A stretch of DNA of 64,000 nt from Chiloscyllium plagiosum (Eukaryota): positions 40,092,872 to 40,156,871 of the forward strand of contig NC_057719.1 of NCBI RefSeq assembly GCF_004010195.1. Direction: 5' to 3'. The notes under the pieces are model-generated. The model was not told where the DNA came from. It did not search any database and worked only from the letters and a program-made list of their open reading frames with translations. Every line of letters starts with the position of its first letter. Position 1 is the stretch's first letter. Shown here one piece after another: positions 1 through 14,321 of this stretch. The translations under genes were made by a program, and so were the position numbers.

Positions 1-229
1 ACTCAAGGCACAGTCTAATTAGACTTGTTTACAAATTCTGTACATTTTCTACCTCTGTTTAAAAAAAAGGGGCGTCTCTGCCTTCTTAACCATCTTATTT
101 ATCTATCCTGTTATTATTAATGATCTGTGAACATAAACATCTCGGTCTGGTTCTGCATTACTACATAACCTTTCATGTTTTTATTATGCAGAAATCTCTC
201 AATCTTAATTATGGATATTTTCAACAATC

Positions 230-2300
230 CATTATTCACAATGATCTGTGGCAGAGATTCACCAGCCTTTGAGATATTTCTGCTCATCTCAATCCTAAAT
301 GGCCTGCTCCTTTTTTGATGCTGTACCACTGGTTTTAGATTTGTCATGCACTGCAAGGACACTGCATCTTTCAAATAAATCACCTCCCATTCTTCTAAAC
401 ACCAGAGAATCAAGTTCCAGTCTACTGAATTTTCAGTATAGAAGAACCCTTCTATTCCAGGAATCAGTTTGGTGAAACTGTTGCTCTGGCTTTGGGAAGT
501 ATATCTTTCCTGAGGTAAGACTTCGCAATACTCCAGGTGCGGTCTGACATTTTACTAATCATAGCATATTAACATCTTCTTGTGATAAGGGCCAATATAT
601 ATTTTGCCTACTCATTTGCTTGCTGTACTTCTATGTTAACTTTCAGTGACTCATAAATGAGGATATCCAAATCCCTTTGAAGTTTAACACTTCACAGCCC
701 CTGGCCATAGAAATACTCTTTCAGCTTTTCAAAGTGGGTAACCTCACATGTCTACATGTTGTGTGCCATTCCCCAAATGTACCTGTAAATTTGGAATTGT
801 TACAGTTCGTTCCCACATTCAAATCAACTGGATGGATTCTGAATAGCTGGGGCTCAAGAATAGGTTCTTGCAGTACCGTGCAAGTCATAGTCTGCAAAAC
901 TAAAAATGACCTATTTAATCTGACATGGTTTTTTTGTATATTAACAATGCTCAAACCATGCCAGAATATTCTTCAATTCACATTCTAATTTTGTTTAATA
1001 AGCTAGTGTGGAACGTTCCCAAAAGCCTTCTGAAAAATCTGAACAGATCAACACCTACTCACTCTGTTTTTACTTATTTGCCATTACATCCTCAAAAAAT
1101 CTTTAACAGATCTGTGAGATATGCTTTCCCTTTCATAAATCTATGTTGATTTGCCTAATGTTATTTTCTAAGCATCCCATTATAACATACTGCATACAAT
1201 CTAACATTCTTTCTATGAAAGACACAAACTCAACAAATCTGTTGTTCCCCATTTCCTTCTTCCTTACTTTCTTTAGAGGGTTATATTTCTGAACTTTCCT
1301 GCCTGCAGATAAGAATTCACAGAATTTTAAAATAGCCATCAATGCATTTACTATCTCTACAGCCATTTCTTTCAACAGCTTAGGATTTAGATCAGGACCA
1401 GTGCATTCATCTACTTAATATTTCTCACGTTTTAAAAACTAATATTAATGCCTTGTAGTTTTCATTCACAATAGTCCTTTGATTCTCTATTATTTGTGGA
1501 AGTTTACTAGTATTTTTCTCTGTGAAGACGGTCATGAAGTATTTGTTTGGTTTGTTTGTTTCGCTTAGACACTTGCATAAACTACAAAAAGGGATTAAGC
1601 ACTGAACCCTCTAGAAACCCAATGGTAGCAGCCTTTGGATCACAAAAACATAAGGCAACCTCCTGTTACAAAACCAATTTTGGATCCAATTTGCCATTGT
1701 CCTTTGGATTCCAAGGGCTTATTTTTTTGACGAGCTTGCAGTCACATAGGAACTTGTCAAAAGTGTTGGTAAAATCCATGTAAATCACACCTTTCACCTT
1801 GGCCTCACCAAATCTGTTTGTCATCTCAAAAGATTTAACAGTCCCCAGACATGACACTGCCTTAACCATCCCGTATTGACTTTCCTTGATTAAATCACAC
1901 TTTTCAAAATGAAAATTTACATTGCCCCGCAAAATTGATTTCAATCATTTTTCTGCAACTAGAAGGAAGATAATTGGCCTATAATTTTTTAGATTATCCT
2001 CGTTTCCCTTTCAAACAACAATACGATACTGACCACCTTCCAATTCTCTGACAGCACTCTTGCAGTCAGGGAGAATCGATACATGACTATCAGAGACTTT
2101 GCAATTTCCTTCCTTGCTTCTCCCACAAATATAGGATATATTTCATCTACCTTGGGAGACAGCAAACCCTTTAAAACATCTTATTTATCCAATTCAACAC
2201 TTCATTTTCTTCTTATGGATTACATCATGATCAGCTCTTTTTTTCTGAGAAGATAACCTTCGTTAAGGATTTTCCCCACATCCCCACCCTCTGCACAAAG
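230..2300 (-). mobile_element. Decayed CR1 LINE fragments
   Basis: RT-like remnants (ESQYGMVK..SCL, VIYMDFTNTFDK) with many stops. Confidence 0.7.
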
Positions 2301-5300
2301 ATTATTCTACTCTTTCCTCATTTAAGATCTTGCTGACTCTGTACTCACATAAGCTTCTATCTCATCTTCCCGTATATGCACACATCCAACATCAGTTTTT
2401 TGCAATTTAGTTGCTCATTCAAAATTAAATACTGAAATTTCAGTAGTAGCAAGATAACAAATTGTCTGAACAATTTTAGCATACAATGAAAAAACTTCTC
2501 ACTTCTGTCAGGACCAAATTATCAAATCATACAATGCACTTCTGGGCGCATTCTAGGGGCAGAAAATATTTTTAAAGAGTGAACTTTTTTACTTTTAAGA
2601 AAAACACTAAGATTGCCAGCAACATTACTGTCGGACAATGTTCATTCTCTTGAAGTAAGGAACACGTTTTTGGGATAATATATGGCTCAGGAGGTAAGTG
2701 CACCTTGTGGGTTGTACTGATGCATTCGGACTGGGAAGTTCAATCCACCAGGAATGTCTGCAAGATGTCTTACTAAACATGATCAAACTATTTCTGATGT
2801 AATGTCTGCATGTGTCAGGTAAATACAAGATTAAAAGGTTTATATCCTGTATTGGTGAACAGCCACCTGCTGTAACAGATCTGAGTTCGCATATGCAAAG
2901 TGGTAACTGGACCAGATACAAAAACTAAATCCTGGGACAGGTTCTTTTTAGAAAACATAAGAAAGAAAGAAATAGAGCATTCAAATGGGCAAAATTTGAA
3001 TTTTCTTTTCTTATCAAGTTTCACAGGCTGTCTTCATAATAACATGTTTAAATTGGACTTTCACATTATCAACAGGTCCACTCTCACATACACTTGCATG
3101 TGAGGCAGTAAAAATAACAAATGATCTTGCAAAATTTTGATGTGAACTTTAAGTTTACAGCAAAATATCACAATCTCAACAGCAAAGATGATAGGAAATA
3201 ATGTCGAGATAGCTTTGTGGAATCAAGTGCTTTTACAAATATCATTGGCTGGCACACGGCTCAAAATTACTGCAGAAAATTAGACAATGCACAATACTAA
3301 AATGTTTTGAGAGAGCACCCTGAAAATAAAATTTTAACATTTGCTATGAAACAATATACAGTATAGTTGAATACTTTTTAACCAGCATCTGAAGGTGTCC
3401 TTGATATATTTAGTTTTGAATTGAAGTTCTGACAAACATTTTTGAAATTTGTACATAATTGCTAAAAGCACTGATAATGCTGTCAGGACAAACTGTTCTA
3501 GGTTTGAATTGCCAACGGAATGATTTAACAAGCAGTTTTCACATTCTACCGAAGGAGATAAAAGGACTGGAATGCAGTAGTCGATAGCACAGTTTCCTAG
3601 GGTTGGATGGTTTTAGATTTGATATCAGGAATCTGCAGCCCGAGAGATTCAGGGAGGCTACTCAAGGATACATGGATGTTAGCGATGCTGGATAGCAACA
3701 GACATTGGAAAGTTTCTGTGTCAGTTTAAAAATTGAAACTTCATGAAAATACTTTTGCAAGTACTTGTTGATTTACTGCCACTGTGCTTAAATCCCTACG
3801 TTCTCATCACATCAAACTCTGTACTTTTACCATCATATTTATCATAATGCTGTTATCCTGAGTCTAAAATCACCTGAGTTCAAAATTACTGTGTTCAAAG
3901 GCATCTGCATTTCCAACCCCAGCTACCTTATATGGTCTGTTGCCACATACAGCTTTGTGATTCTGCTCCAGTGTTGTTTTCCCTCTCTTGATCCTAGTTG
4001 TCATCTCAGCTGTCTACCTAGCTTCTCATTTCTGCTGGTTCTACTTCCATCTATGCCAGTCTTCAGTTCACCCTCACCAAGATTTGTTTTCTAGCAGAAA
4101 GGTAGGAAACATGCCATTTTTTTTCCAAAAAACAGATGAACCTTGAGACCCATTAACTGATCCCTTGACTTGATTCACATTAAACTGCTGACGACCCAAT
4201 TTTCCACTTCAATTAATATTGTTAAGTTCTCTCTCTGCCATCTTCATTCCTTGACTTAAAAAATACACAAACTTTTTTATATATAGATAAAAAATTAATA
4301 CTTATTGGAGAATTTGGATTTTGAACTAGTGGCACGTGGGCTTTGGAATCCATTCATAAACACAGACCAATAATTAACTTGTCAGTATTTTTGGAGCCAT
4401 GATTTGTTTTATACCACATTGAGAAATGGAGTCCCTGGGTTAATAATAAAGATTTGTTTGTGAAGGAAAAGCTATGTGTGTGTGCACAGTAATCATTTAG
4501 AAGTATTAACTTGTTTTCAATTCCCTGTTGAAGTAGGAGTTTATATATTTCACACAATGTAATCCGTTGCCCTTTCTATGCTGGAGTAGTTTGCTTTAGT
4601 TGTACTAACACTTCAGAACCAAATGCAATATGTTTGTCATCTGTAACAGATATCTTTAAAGCATTTCTGGATTGGATCTACTTTCAATGTGGTAAACTTG
4701 AAAGAGTCATAACATTGAAGAATATATTTCCTAGAACATAAATAGTTTAAGAAATTGAGAAAAATGTTAGGGAACTTCCTGACACACGTATGGTGCATCT
4801 TCATGAAGCAAACCTCAAAGAGAAGTTACTCTGATACCAAAATTTGGAACGAAGGTGGATAAAAAGCTCAATAAAGTCTTTGTGATGTTTGTGAATCACC
4901 TTTGTCTTGCAGTGTAGGCAGTTTCTGTACGCCTTCTGTTTTGGTAGTTTCAGGTCTAATACCATTTGAAGAGTTGACTGATTCAAAGAAATTGATTTGG
5001 CTGACATCATATGATACTTATTTGCTATTGACTATTAAGCCTCATCATCTTGTTGTTGCCATGAGCCTATGAAGACTTGTGTCATGTGTATGTTTAGTTT
5101 TTCCAAGATTTGCAACATTAACTGTGATAGAGAGACAATGTGCGAGTTATTTATGTTACAATCCATATGATGTTGGAATAGACCATAGCTAACAGATAAT
5201 GCAAATGGTAATGAAAAAACTCAACATCTACCAAAAGGAAAAGTTGGCAGTTCCTGCCACTCTGGTGAAAAATATAAGGACTAACATCTATTTTTGCCCT

Positions 5301-6669
5301 CCAGTTTAGTATGATGCATGGTGAGAGAATTATTAACCTTTATTTCAGATTTTTAAATTTTGAACTAGTGACGTGACTTTTGTCTGAAGTGGTTTAATGA
5401 TTCACTTTTAGATGTTTCCATAGCAGTGGTCATTTCTTTCTTAAAAAGCAATGAAAGAGATAGTTCAAGGAGGCTAAAGGACATTTGTTTGAATTGGGAC
5501 AGTGCATGAAAGAATAAAGTAAACAATGCAGTATATCAGGCTTTCAGATAGAATAGTCTCAAACATTTTTGGGGGCTTGCCTAACATCCATAGTGTAGAA
5601 TAAAAAATCCTTTTAAATTCACTTTGGAGAGTTTTCAGAAGACTTGGCTATACACACAAAACAGTTACTCCAAGAAAGGGAGGTCGTTTAAGATGGTTAA
5701 CGAGGTTACCTTAGTGTTAACTTGCTGTAACAGTAAAGTGCCACAAATATACAACTTACAACTGAGTACTGTTTTGAAGTTCAAAACTAGAACTACCAAC
5801 CCTAATGGTAATCAGTTTTTCCCTCGAGACAATGTCCTCTCGATAAATAACTTCAAAGTAAAACCAAACTCAAGCTACACTCTAGCAAAACAGTTACGGA
5901 GATTGCTTGGATAAATAGGACTGAAATTATCTTAAGCCATGATTGTATTAAACAGACTTGATGAGCTGAACGGTCTACTCCTGTTCTTTTGTTTTCCTTC
6001 CTTACGGTACTGGCTTCGCAACCCAACTATCATGACCTCAGGAAGGATACTAGATCATGGCAATTATGAGAAAAGGGCAATATGAAGAGCAATAAATACT
6101 CTCAGTGTCAGTAACATACAAAGAACAGATAATGTTTAGGAGAAAGGTAAAAGATCCCAAACACATTAAATTATGACTGGACAGGCTAACAGAGGTTCTT
6201 AAAACTTCCTGATTCTGTTATTTAACAGCTTCATGACTAGGTCTTTCAGAAAACTATCCTGATTTCAGCTTGCAGTTTTTGAATGCAAGAGGCTGGTAAG
6301 ATGCAAGTTTTAATCTGTCATTTTATAGTGACAAGAATGTTCAGCTAAAAGTCACTTACATCACTGACCACCTCAAATCAACTTTGCTACTTTTCTGTTA
6401 GGCTGCTCATTGCCCAGCAGCTTTGAAGCAAACTTATACAACACTTCTCAATTGTGTCATTCTTTGTATAAACATGACATAACATACAATTTACTTGTGC
6501 TGAACTGTATTCCACTAAATCACAATATGTACGAATCTGTTAAGTTCTGCTGACTTAGACAGCTCTTCTTATATTAACTTTGGTATACCAACAAAGCATG
6601 AATAATGCTCAACATGAATTCCAGAAAATAATTTTCAAGTACTTTTAGAAACTTTAAATTGGAAAGTAA

Positions 6670-8085
6670 GGTAAGTGTAGGCCATTCGGCCCTTCGAACC
6701 TGCTCCTCCACTTAATATGATCATGACTGATCATCCAACGCAGTACCCCATTTCCTCTTTTTCCTCATATCTTTTGATGCCTTGAGCCCCAAAATCTATA
6801 TTTAACTTCTTCTTGAAAACATTGTACAATTTGGTCTCAACCGCTTTCTGTGGCAGTGAATTCTACCAGTTCACCACACCTGTGTGAACATATTTCTCCT
6901 CCTTTGTCCTAAATGGCCTACTCCATACCCTTCAGGCTGTGGCCCCTAGTTCTGGACTCCTTGGTCATTGGGAACATCTCTGCTGGTTTTACCCTGTCTT
7001 GTCCTAAACCAATGAGGTTTGCAGATTTGTGTCCCCCATTCTTCCAAACTCCAGTGAATACAGTGCTATCCGTTCTAGTATCTCTCATATTTCAGTCCTG
7101 CCATCCCCAGAATCAGTCTGTTAAATCTTTACGGCACTCTATTCATTGCCAGAATTTCCTTCCTCTGATCAAAATACATAATACTCCAAGTGTACATGAA
7201 TCCTCTCACTATGAGGGCCTTTTGCCTTCTTCACTGCCTAGTTACTTTCTGTGAGTGGTGTATAATGACATCCAGGTCTCTTTGCACTTCTTTCTTTTCC
7301 AATCTATCACCTTTCAGATAATAATCTGTGCCCAGTTTTGCTAATAAAGTAGATAATCTCAGATTTATCCATACCATACTTCACTGGCCATAGCAGAAGT
7401 TCCTGTGTACCCCGCTAATCACTGCCAGCCACTCGGGGGGAAAAAAAGACTAATATTCTTATTCTTTACTTCCGGTCTGACAACAAGTTCTCTATCCATT
7501 TCAGTATACTATTCCCCCACCACATGCGCTTTGATTTTACATGTTAGTCTGTTACATGGATCTTTATTGAATACCTTCTGAAAGCCCAAGTAAATCCTAT
7601 CTATTGTCTTCCCCTTATCAATTCTACTAGTTACATCCTCAAACAGATTTATCAAGTATTCCTCTTTGGTAAATCCCTTCCGACTCTATCCAATTCTCTC
7701 ACTGGTTTCCAAGTGCTCCACTGTTAAACCTTTTATAATGGATTCTAACATTTGCCACATTAATCATGTCAAAATAGCTGGTCTATAATTCTCTACACCT
7801 TCTCTTTTAAATAGCAAAGTTACATTAGCTACCCTCCAATCCAAAGGAGTGGTTTATGAATTTATAGAATCTTGAAAGTGATTACCAATGCATCTTTTTA
7901 TCGGGTAACCTCCTCTGGAATGTAGGCTATTGGGTCTTGGGTATTTATCAGCTTTCAATCCCACCAATTTCTCCAACACCACTTTCCTATTGAAATAGAT
8001 TTTCTCATGTTCCTCCCTCTCACTAGACCCTGTGTTCTCCAACATTTTTGGGAAATGATTTATGTCTTTCTTTGCACATACTTTA
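6670..8085 (-). mobile_element. CR1 LINE 3' part
   Basis: VLEKLVGLKADKYPRPNSLH motif and a CR1 3' tail (AAGGGCCGAATGGCCTAC on the minus strand). Confidence 0.8.
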
Positions 8086-8094
8086 GTGAGGATT

Positions 8095-9210
8095 TAAACA
8101 GGGGTTAGGAGTGTGGGCAAAGAAGTGGCAGATGAAATACGTAGGATCATGCACTTTGGTAGGAAGAATAGCGACATGGACTATTTTCTAAATGGGGAGG
8201 AAATTCAGAAATCTGAAGTGCAGAGCGACTTGGAACTCTTTGTTCAGGTTTCTCTTAAGGTAAACTTGCAGGTTGAGTTGGTAGTTAGGAAGGCAAATAC
8301 AATGTTGTCATTCATCTCGAATAAACTAGAATTTAAAAGCAGGGATGTACTTTTGAGACTTTACAAAGATCTGGTCAGATCACATTTAGAGAATTGAGAG
8401 CAATTTAGGGCCCCATACCTCAGGAAGGACGCATAGGACCTGGAGCAAGATGAGAGGAGGTTAATGAGAATGAATCTAATCTAATCTAATCCCGAATGAG
8501 GAATGTTTAAGGATTCTGGAGCTATACGCGATGGAGTTTAGAAGGATGACGAGAGATTTGATTGAAATTTATAGAATACTGAACAGCCTGACAGGACAGA
8601 TGCTGGGAAGATGTTTCAATTGGCAGGACAGATGAGGACCTGAGGGCACAACCTTGGAGTAAAGGGAAGACCTTTTAGAATGGAGATCAGGAGAAACTTC
8701 TTTCGACAGAGTGGTGAAATTGTGGAATTCATTGCCACAGAAGGCTGTGAAGGTCAGGTCACTGAGTATATTTAAAACAGAGATAGATAAGTTCTTGATT
8801 TCCAAGGGGATCAAAGGCTACGGGGAGAAAGTGGGAAAGTAGGGTTGAAAAACCCATCAGCTATGATAAAATGGTGGAGCAGACTCGGGTCGAATGGCCT
8901 AATTTCTGCTCTTATGTTTTATGGTTTTATATCTTACGTCTAAGGAAACCAAGGCTGAGAGAGTTCAACCATGTTGAGGTTCAAGGGAGTAAGGTGAGGC
9001 TGGATAGTCTCTACTTTAACGCTAGGAGTACGAGAGGTAAGACAAATAAGATAAGGGCTTGGATTGACATGTGGACTTGCCATGTTGTTGCTATCACAGA
9101 GATGTAGTTGAGGGAAGGGGCAGGACTGACAACTCAACATCCTGCACACAGGATCTTCAGGCAGGACAGGCAAATGTGTAAATGAGTACATCACATCAGT
9201 CTTCACTCGG
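8095..9210 (+). mobile_element. CR1 LINE 3' end plus endonuclease-start fragment
   Basis: MHFGRKN..RDVLLRLYKDLVRSHLE, followed by YFNARS..VVAITE. Confidence 0.8.
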
Positions 9211-9898
9211 AGAAGGATATAAGAACAGAATCAGGAACACGGACTGAGAGACAGAGAAACGTGAAACATAATAGGCCATTTGACCCCTCAAAACTGCTCT
9301 GCCATTCAATATAGCTGATCAAGTTTAATACCCAAATCCCACCATCCCCTCTCAAATACCCCTTGATCCCTTTAGCCAAAGGAGCTGTAACCACTTTCTG
9401 TGGTAATGAATTCCAAAGACTCATTGCTCTCTGGGTGAAGAGATTTCTCCTCATCTCAGTCCTAAAAGGTTTACCTCGTATCCTTAAGATATGACCCCTG
9501 GTTCTGAACTCTCTCACCATCCGGAACATACTTCCTGCATCTAACCTGTCTAGTCCTGTTAGAATCTTATAGGTTTCTCTAAGATCCCCCTCCCCATCCC
9601 CCCCACCCAACTCCCATCATCTTTCTAAACCCTAGTGAATATAATCCTAACCACTTCAATCTCACCTCATACATCAGTCTTGCCAACTAGGAATCATTTT
9701 GGTTAACCTTTGTTGCATTCCCTCCACAGCAATAACATCATTCATCAGATAAGAAGCCAAAAACTGCACACAATATTCTCAATGTGGCCTCACAAATGCT
9801 CTGTATAATTATAGCAAGACATCCTTGTTCTTGTAGTTGAATCCTTTTGTTATGGAGGTCAACTTAAAACTTGCCTTCTTTACAGTGTGCTGCAGCTA

Positions 9899-10205
9899 TT
9901 ACAGTACATTACAGTGTGGAAACAGGCCCTTCGGCCCAACAAGTCCACACCGACCCGCCGAAGCGCAACCCACCCATACCCCTACATTTACCCCTATACC
10001 GAACACTACGGGCAATTTAGCATGGCCAATTCACCTGACCTGCACATCTTTGGACTGTGGGAGGAAACCGGAGCACCTGGAGGAAACCCACGCAGACACG
10101 GGGAGAACGTGCAAACTCCACAGTTAGTTGCCTGAGGCGGGAATTGAACCCGGGTCTCTGGCGCTGTGAGGCAACAGTGCTAACCACTGTGCCACCGTGC
10201 CGCCC
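9899..10205 (-). mobile_element. tRNA-derived shark SINE (HE1-like), young
   Basis: Minus strand GGGCGGCACGGTGGCACAGTGGTTAG (A box), GGTTCAATTCCC (B box) and a CR1-like tail. Confidence 0.88.
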
Positions 10206-11284
10206 ACAAGTTATGTGCTTACTTTCAGCAAATAGTGCACAAGGACACCCATGTTTCATTGATCATTCCCCTCTCTCAATTTACAGCTGTTCAAATTATA
10301 ATCTGCCTTCCTATTTTTGCTCCCAAAGTGGATAAACTCACAGTTATCAACATTACACTGCATTTACCATGCATTTGCCCACTCACTCAGCCTGTCAAAA
10401 ATCATATTGTAACATTTCTGCATCCTCCTCACAACTCACCCTTCCACCCAGCTATGTATGGCCTGGAAATTTTGAGATATTACATTTAGTTCCCTCACTT
10501 GAATTAACATATATTGTGAATAGCTGAGTCGTAATACTGAACCGCATTAGTTTCTGCCTGCCGGTCATAAAACAATTCATTTATTTCCTGTCTGCTAACC
10601 AATTTTCTATCCACCTCAATATACTACTCCCAAGTCCCATGCACTTTAATTTTACATATTAATCTCTTATTTGGGACTTTATCAAAAGCCTTCTGAAAGC
10701 CCAAATAAACTACATCCATTGCCCCCCCCATCTTCGATCAATGCTATTATTTACATTCTCGAAGAATTCCAGTAGATTAGTCAAGTATGATTTCCCTTTT
10801 GTAAATCCATGTGAACGTGTCTGATTCTACCACTGATCTGCTATAAAATCCTTGCATCTTCCCCAAAACTAATGTCAGACTCACTTGTCTATAACTCTCT
10901 GGTCTTTCTATCTTTATTTTCAAACTGGGGCTACCCTCCAATCTGTAGGAACTGTTTCAAAGTCTAAAGTATCTTGGAAGATAACCACCTACAAATCCAT
11001 TATTTCTAGGGCCACTTCCTTAAAGTACACTGGAATGTAGATTATGAAGCTCAGGCGATGAATTAGCCTTCAATCCCATCAATCTCCCTAACACCATTGC
11101 TCGACTAATATAGATTTGCTTCAGCTCCCCCGTCCAACTAAATCCCGTGTTCTCTATCATTCCTGGTACGTTATTCGTATCCTCCATGAAGACAGAAGTG
11201 AAGCATAAATTTAGTTTGTCAATCATTTCTTTGTTCCCCATTAATCTTATTCTATTTCCACACTTATGGAAACTTTTACAGTCA

Positions 11285-11640
11285 GGGTGGTGGTGTGGCT
11301 CAGTGGCTAGCACCGTTGCCTCATAGCGCCAGGGACCCAGATTCAATTCCTACCTGGAGTTTCTATCTGTGTCGAGTTTGCACAGTCTCCCAATGTCTGC
11401 ATGGGTTCCTGAGGGGTCCTCCAGGTTCCTTCCCACATCCCAAAGAGGTTAGGTGAACTGGCCATGCTAAATTGTCCATAGTGTCCAGGGATGTTCAGGC
11501 AAGGTAGATCAACCATGGCAAATGCAAGTTAAGGGGAGAGGATGGGGAGCTAGGTTTGGTTGGGAAAGTCCTTGGAGGGTCGGTACAGACTTGATGAGCC
11601 AAATGGCCTCTTTCACACTCTGGGGCTTCTATGATTCTAA
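11285..11640 (+). mobile_element. HE1-like SINE, older
   Basis: GTGGCTCAGTGGCTAGCACCGTTGCCTCA head with a diverged body and tail. Confidence 0.8.
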
Positions 11641-12550
11641 CCAGTTCTTGTGTTCCTCACAAGCTTACTCTCATACTCTATATTCCCTGTTAGTCATATC
11701 ATTGGTCCTTTTTAGTGTCTTCTAAACTGTCCCCAAATCTTCAGGTCTATTGTTTTTCCTTATCAATTTGTATGCCACTTTTTTTGCATGTAATACTATT
11801 TCCAACTTCCCTTATAAGGTTGCGCCAGACAGGCATAAACAATTTTTGTAATTCACCCATTCGCTCTTTAACTGTTTGCCATTGCCTATCACAGTCATTT
11901 CTTTGAGAAATATTTCCTAATCCATCACAACCAAGTCATGCCTCATACCAATAAAGTTTCCTTTAGTAAGATTCAGGACTCTAATGTTAGAATCAACTAT
12001 TGCATACACTGTCTTGAAGGATTCTACCATATTATGGTTGTTTTTCCCCAAGTCATACACAAATACCTTACTAATTTTTCCTTTGCGTTACACAATATCC
12101 AGCCTAAGATGGCTTGTTCTCAAGTTGATTCCTCAAAGTATTGGTCCAGAAAAAACATCCCATACACAGTCCAGGAATTGCTGATCTACAGTCGAGACTA
12201 ATTAGATTCGCCGAATCAGAACGCAAATTAAAGTCACCCATAATTACACATGTTCTTTCACTGTATGCATCTCTGATTTCCTGTTTAATACCAATCCCAT
12301 CACCACAATAGTTCAGTGGTCTATATATAACCCTGACTCATTTTTTTGCCCAATGGTTTTTCTCAGTTCTACCCACAGATTCTACCATATTTGAGCTAAG
12401 ACCTTTCCTGCATATTGTGTTTATATTTTCTTTAATCAGTACAGCATATCCATTGACTTTTCCATTTTTGCACATGCTTCAGAAATAATAAATACCCCTG
12501 GATATTCAGTTCCTCTCCCTGATCACCCTTTAGCCATATCTTTGTAAGCC

Positions 12551-12718
12551 CAGAGAACCTCGATTATCCGAACGAGCTGGGCCGGCACTATTTCGTTTGG
12601 ATAACTGATTATTCGGTTAATCGGTTCAATACCTTTCCTCTGGGGCTCAGAGTTTTCTATTAAGTCTGCTCCCCATTCAGGAGACTAGGTAACACAGCGC
12701 CTGCACGAGGCCCCCCGA
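12551..12718 (+). mobile_element. Tc1/mariner (Tigger-like) terminal fragment
   Basis: CAGAGAACCTCGATTATCCGAAC is a TIR-like start; the segment is CpG-rich. Confidence 0.45.
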
Positions 12719-13380
12719 TAGAAATAAACCAGGAAATTACAGACCAGTGAGTCTCACACATCAGTGGTAATTAAACTATTGGGAAATTCTGAAGGATAGA
12801 ACTAATCTGTACTGAGAGAGGGAAGGTTTGATCAAGGATAGTCAGTTGAAAATCATGCCTCTCAAATTTTGAGAGGTGGTGACCAGGTGAGCAGTTGATG
12901 GGTTTCTGCTAAGTCCTTGAGAAAGTCCCACATGGGAGACTGATAAAGAAGTTAAAAGCACATGGGTTGCAGGGTAACTTGGCAAGTTGGATCCAAAATG
13001 GGCTTATTGGTAAAACGCTGTCTGAGACACTCTAGGTTGGTATGTGGTGGTGTAACAGAGGGATCTGTGCTGGGTTCCATATGGTTTGTCAAACATAAAG
13101 GATATAGAAGAAAATTTGGGGATGAGAAGGTTTGATGAGCAAGAGTACAGATGACATGAAGATTGGCTGGAAGAAGGAAGATGTTAAGTTAAGGGTGAAC
13201 ATTGATATGTTGGACAGATGAACAAGTCAGTGGCAGATGGAATTAAATGCAAGGTAATACACTTTGGAGGAAGGGAGAAGTCAAGTACTCGATGATTGGC
13301 AGGTCACTAGCAAGGTCAGAGGAACAGTGAGATTTTGGGATGCTTGTCCACAGACCCCTGAAGGTGACAGGCCAGATTTG

Positions 13381-13706
13381 GGGTTGCAGGGTGGCTCAGT
13401 GGTTAGCACTGCTGCCTCACAGCACCAGGGTCCCAGGTTCGATTCCAACCTCGAGTGACTGTCTGTGTGGAGTTTGCACATTCTCCCCATGCCTGTGTGG
13501 ATTTCCTCCGGGTGCTCCGGTTTCCTCCCACAGTCCAAAAATGTGCAGGTTAGGTGAATTGGCCATGCTAAGTTGCCCATAGTGTTAGCTGCATTAGTCA
13601 GAGGGAAATGGGTCTGGCTGGGTTACTATTCGGAAGGTTGGTGTGGACTTGTTGGGCCAAAGGGCCTGTTTCCACGCTGTAAAGAATCTAATCTAATCTA
13701 ATCTAA
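13381..13706 (+). mobile_element. HE1-like SINE with (AATCT)n tail
   Basis: A/B boxes, conserved body and an AATCT repeat tail. Confidence 0.88.
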
Positions 13707-14014
13707 TTAATAGGGTAGTGAAGGCAACATATGGGACATTTGCCTTTATCAGTCTTGGCAGTGATAAGAGCAGAGAGGTTATGTTGGAGCTGTACATGAC
13801 TTTGGTTCAGTCACAGCTGGAGTACTGTGTGCAGTTCTGGTCACTGCACCAGAGGAAGGACAGGACTGCACTGGAGAGGAGATTCACCAGTTTTTCAGGG
13901 ACTGACCATTTTAGCTACAAAGAGGAACTGGATAAGCTCGGGTTGTTTAGAATAGAGATGCCTGAGAGGAGAATCCAATTGAAGTGTGTAAGATAACGAG
14001 GGGACATGGACAAT

Positions 14015-14321
14015 ATTAGACTTGTTACAGTATGGAAACAGGCCCTTCGACCCAACAAGTCCACACCGACTCTCCGAAGGGTAACCCACCCAGACCCTTA
14101 CCCTATATTTACCCCTGACTAATGCACCTAACACTATGGGCAATTCACCTGACCTGCACATCTTTGAATTGTGGGAGGAAACTGGAGCACTCGGAGCAAA
14201 CCTACAGAAATGCGGGGAGAATGTGCAAATTCCACACAGACAGTTGAACGAGGCGGGAATCAAACCCGGGTCCCTGGCGCTGTGAGGCAGCAGTGCTAAC
14301 CACTGAGCCACCGTGCTGCCC
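14015..14321 (-). mobile_element. HE1-like SINE
   Basis: Reverse complement of the same family. Confidence 0.87.

Larger units (their letters stand above)
9255..12548 (-). mobile_element. CR1 LINE interrupted by two SINEs
   Basis: DLRETYKILTGLD..RTRGH..FTQRAMSLWNSLP; MGLKANSSPELHNLH. Confidence 0.82.

Noticed and set aside
4535..4741. Plus-strand open frame containing DIFKAFLDWIY (BTB-like)
   Set aside because: No start codon, no supporting exons and only a short resemblance.
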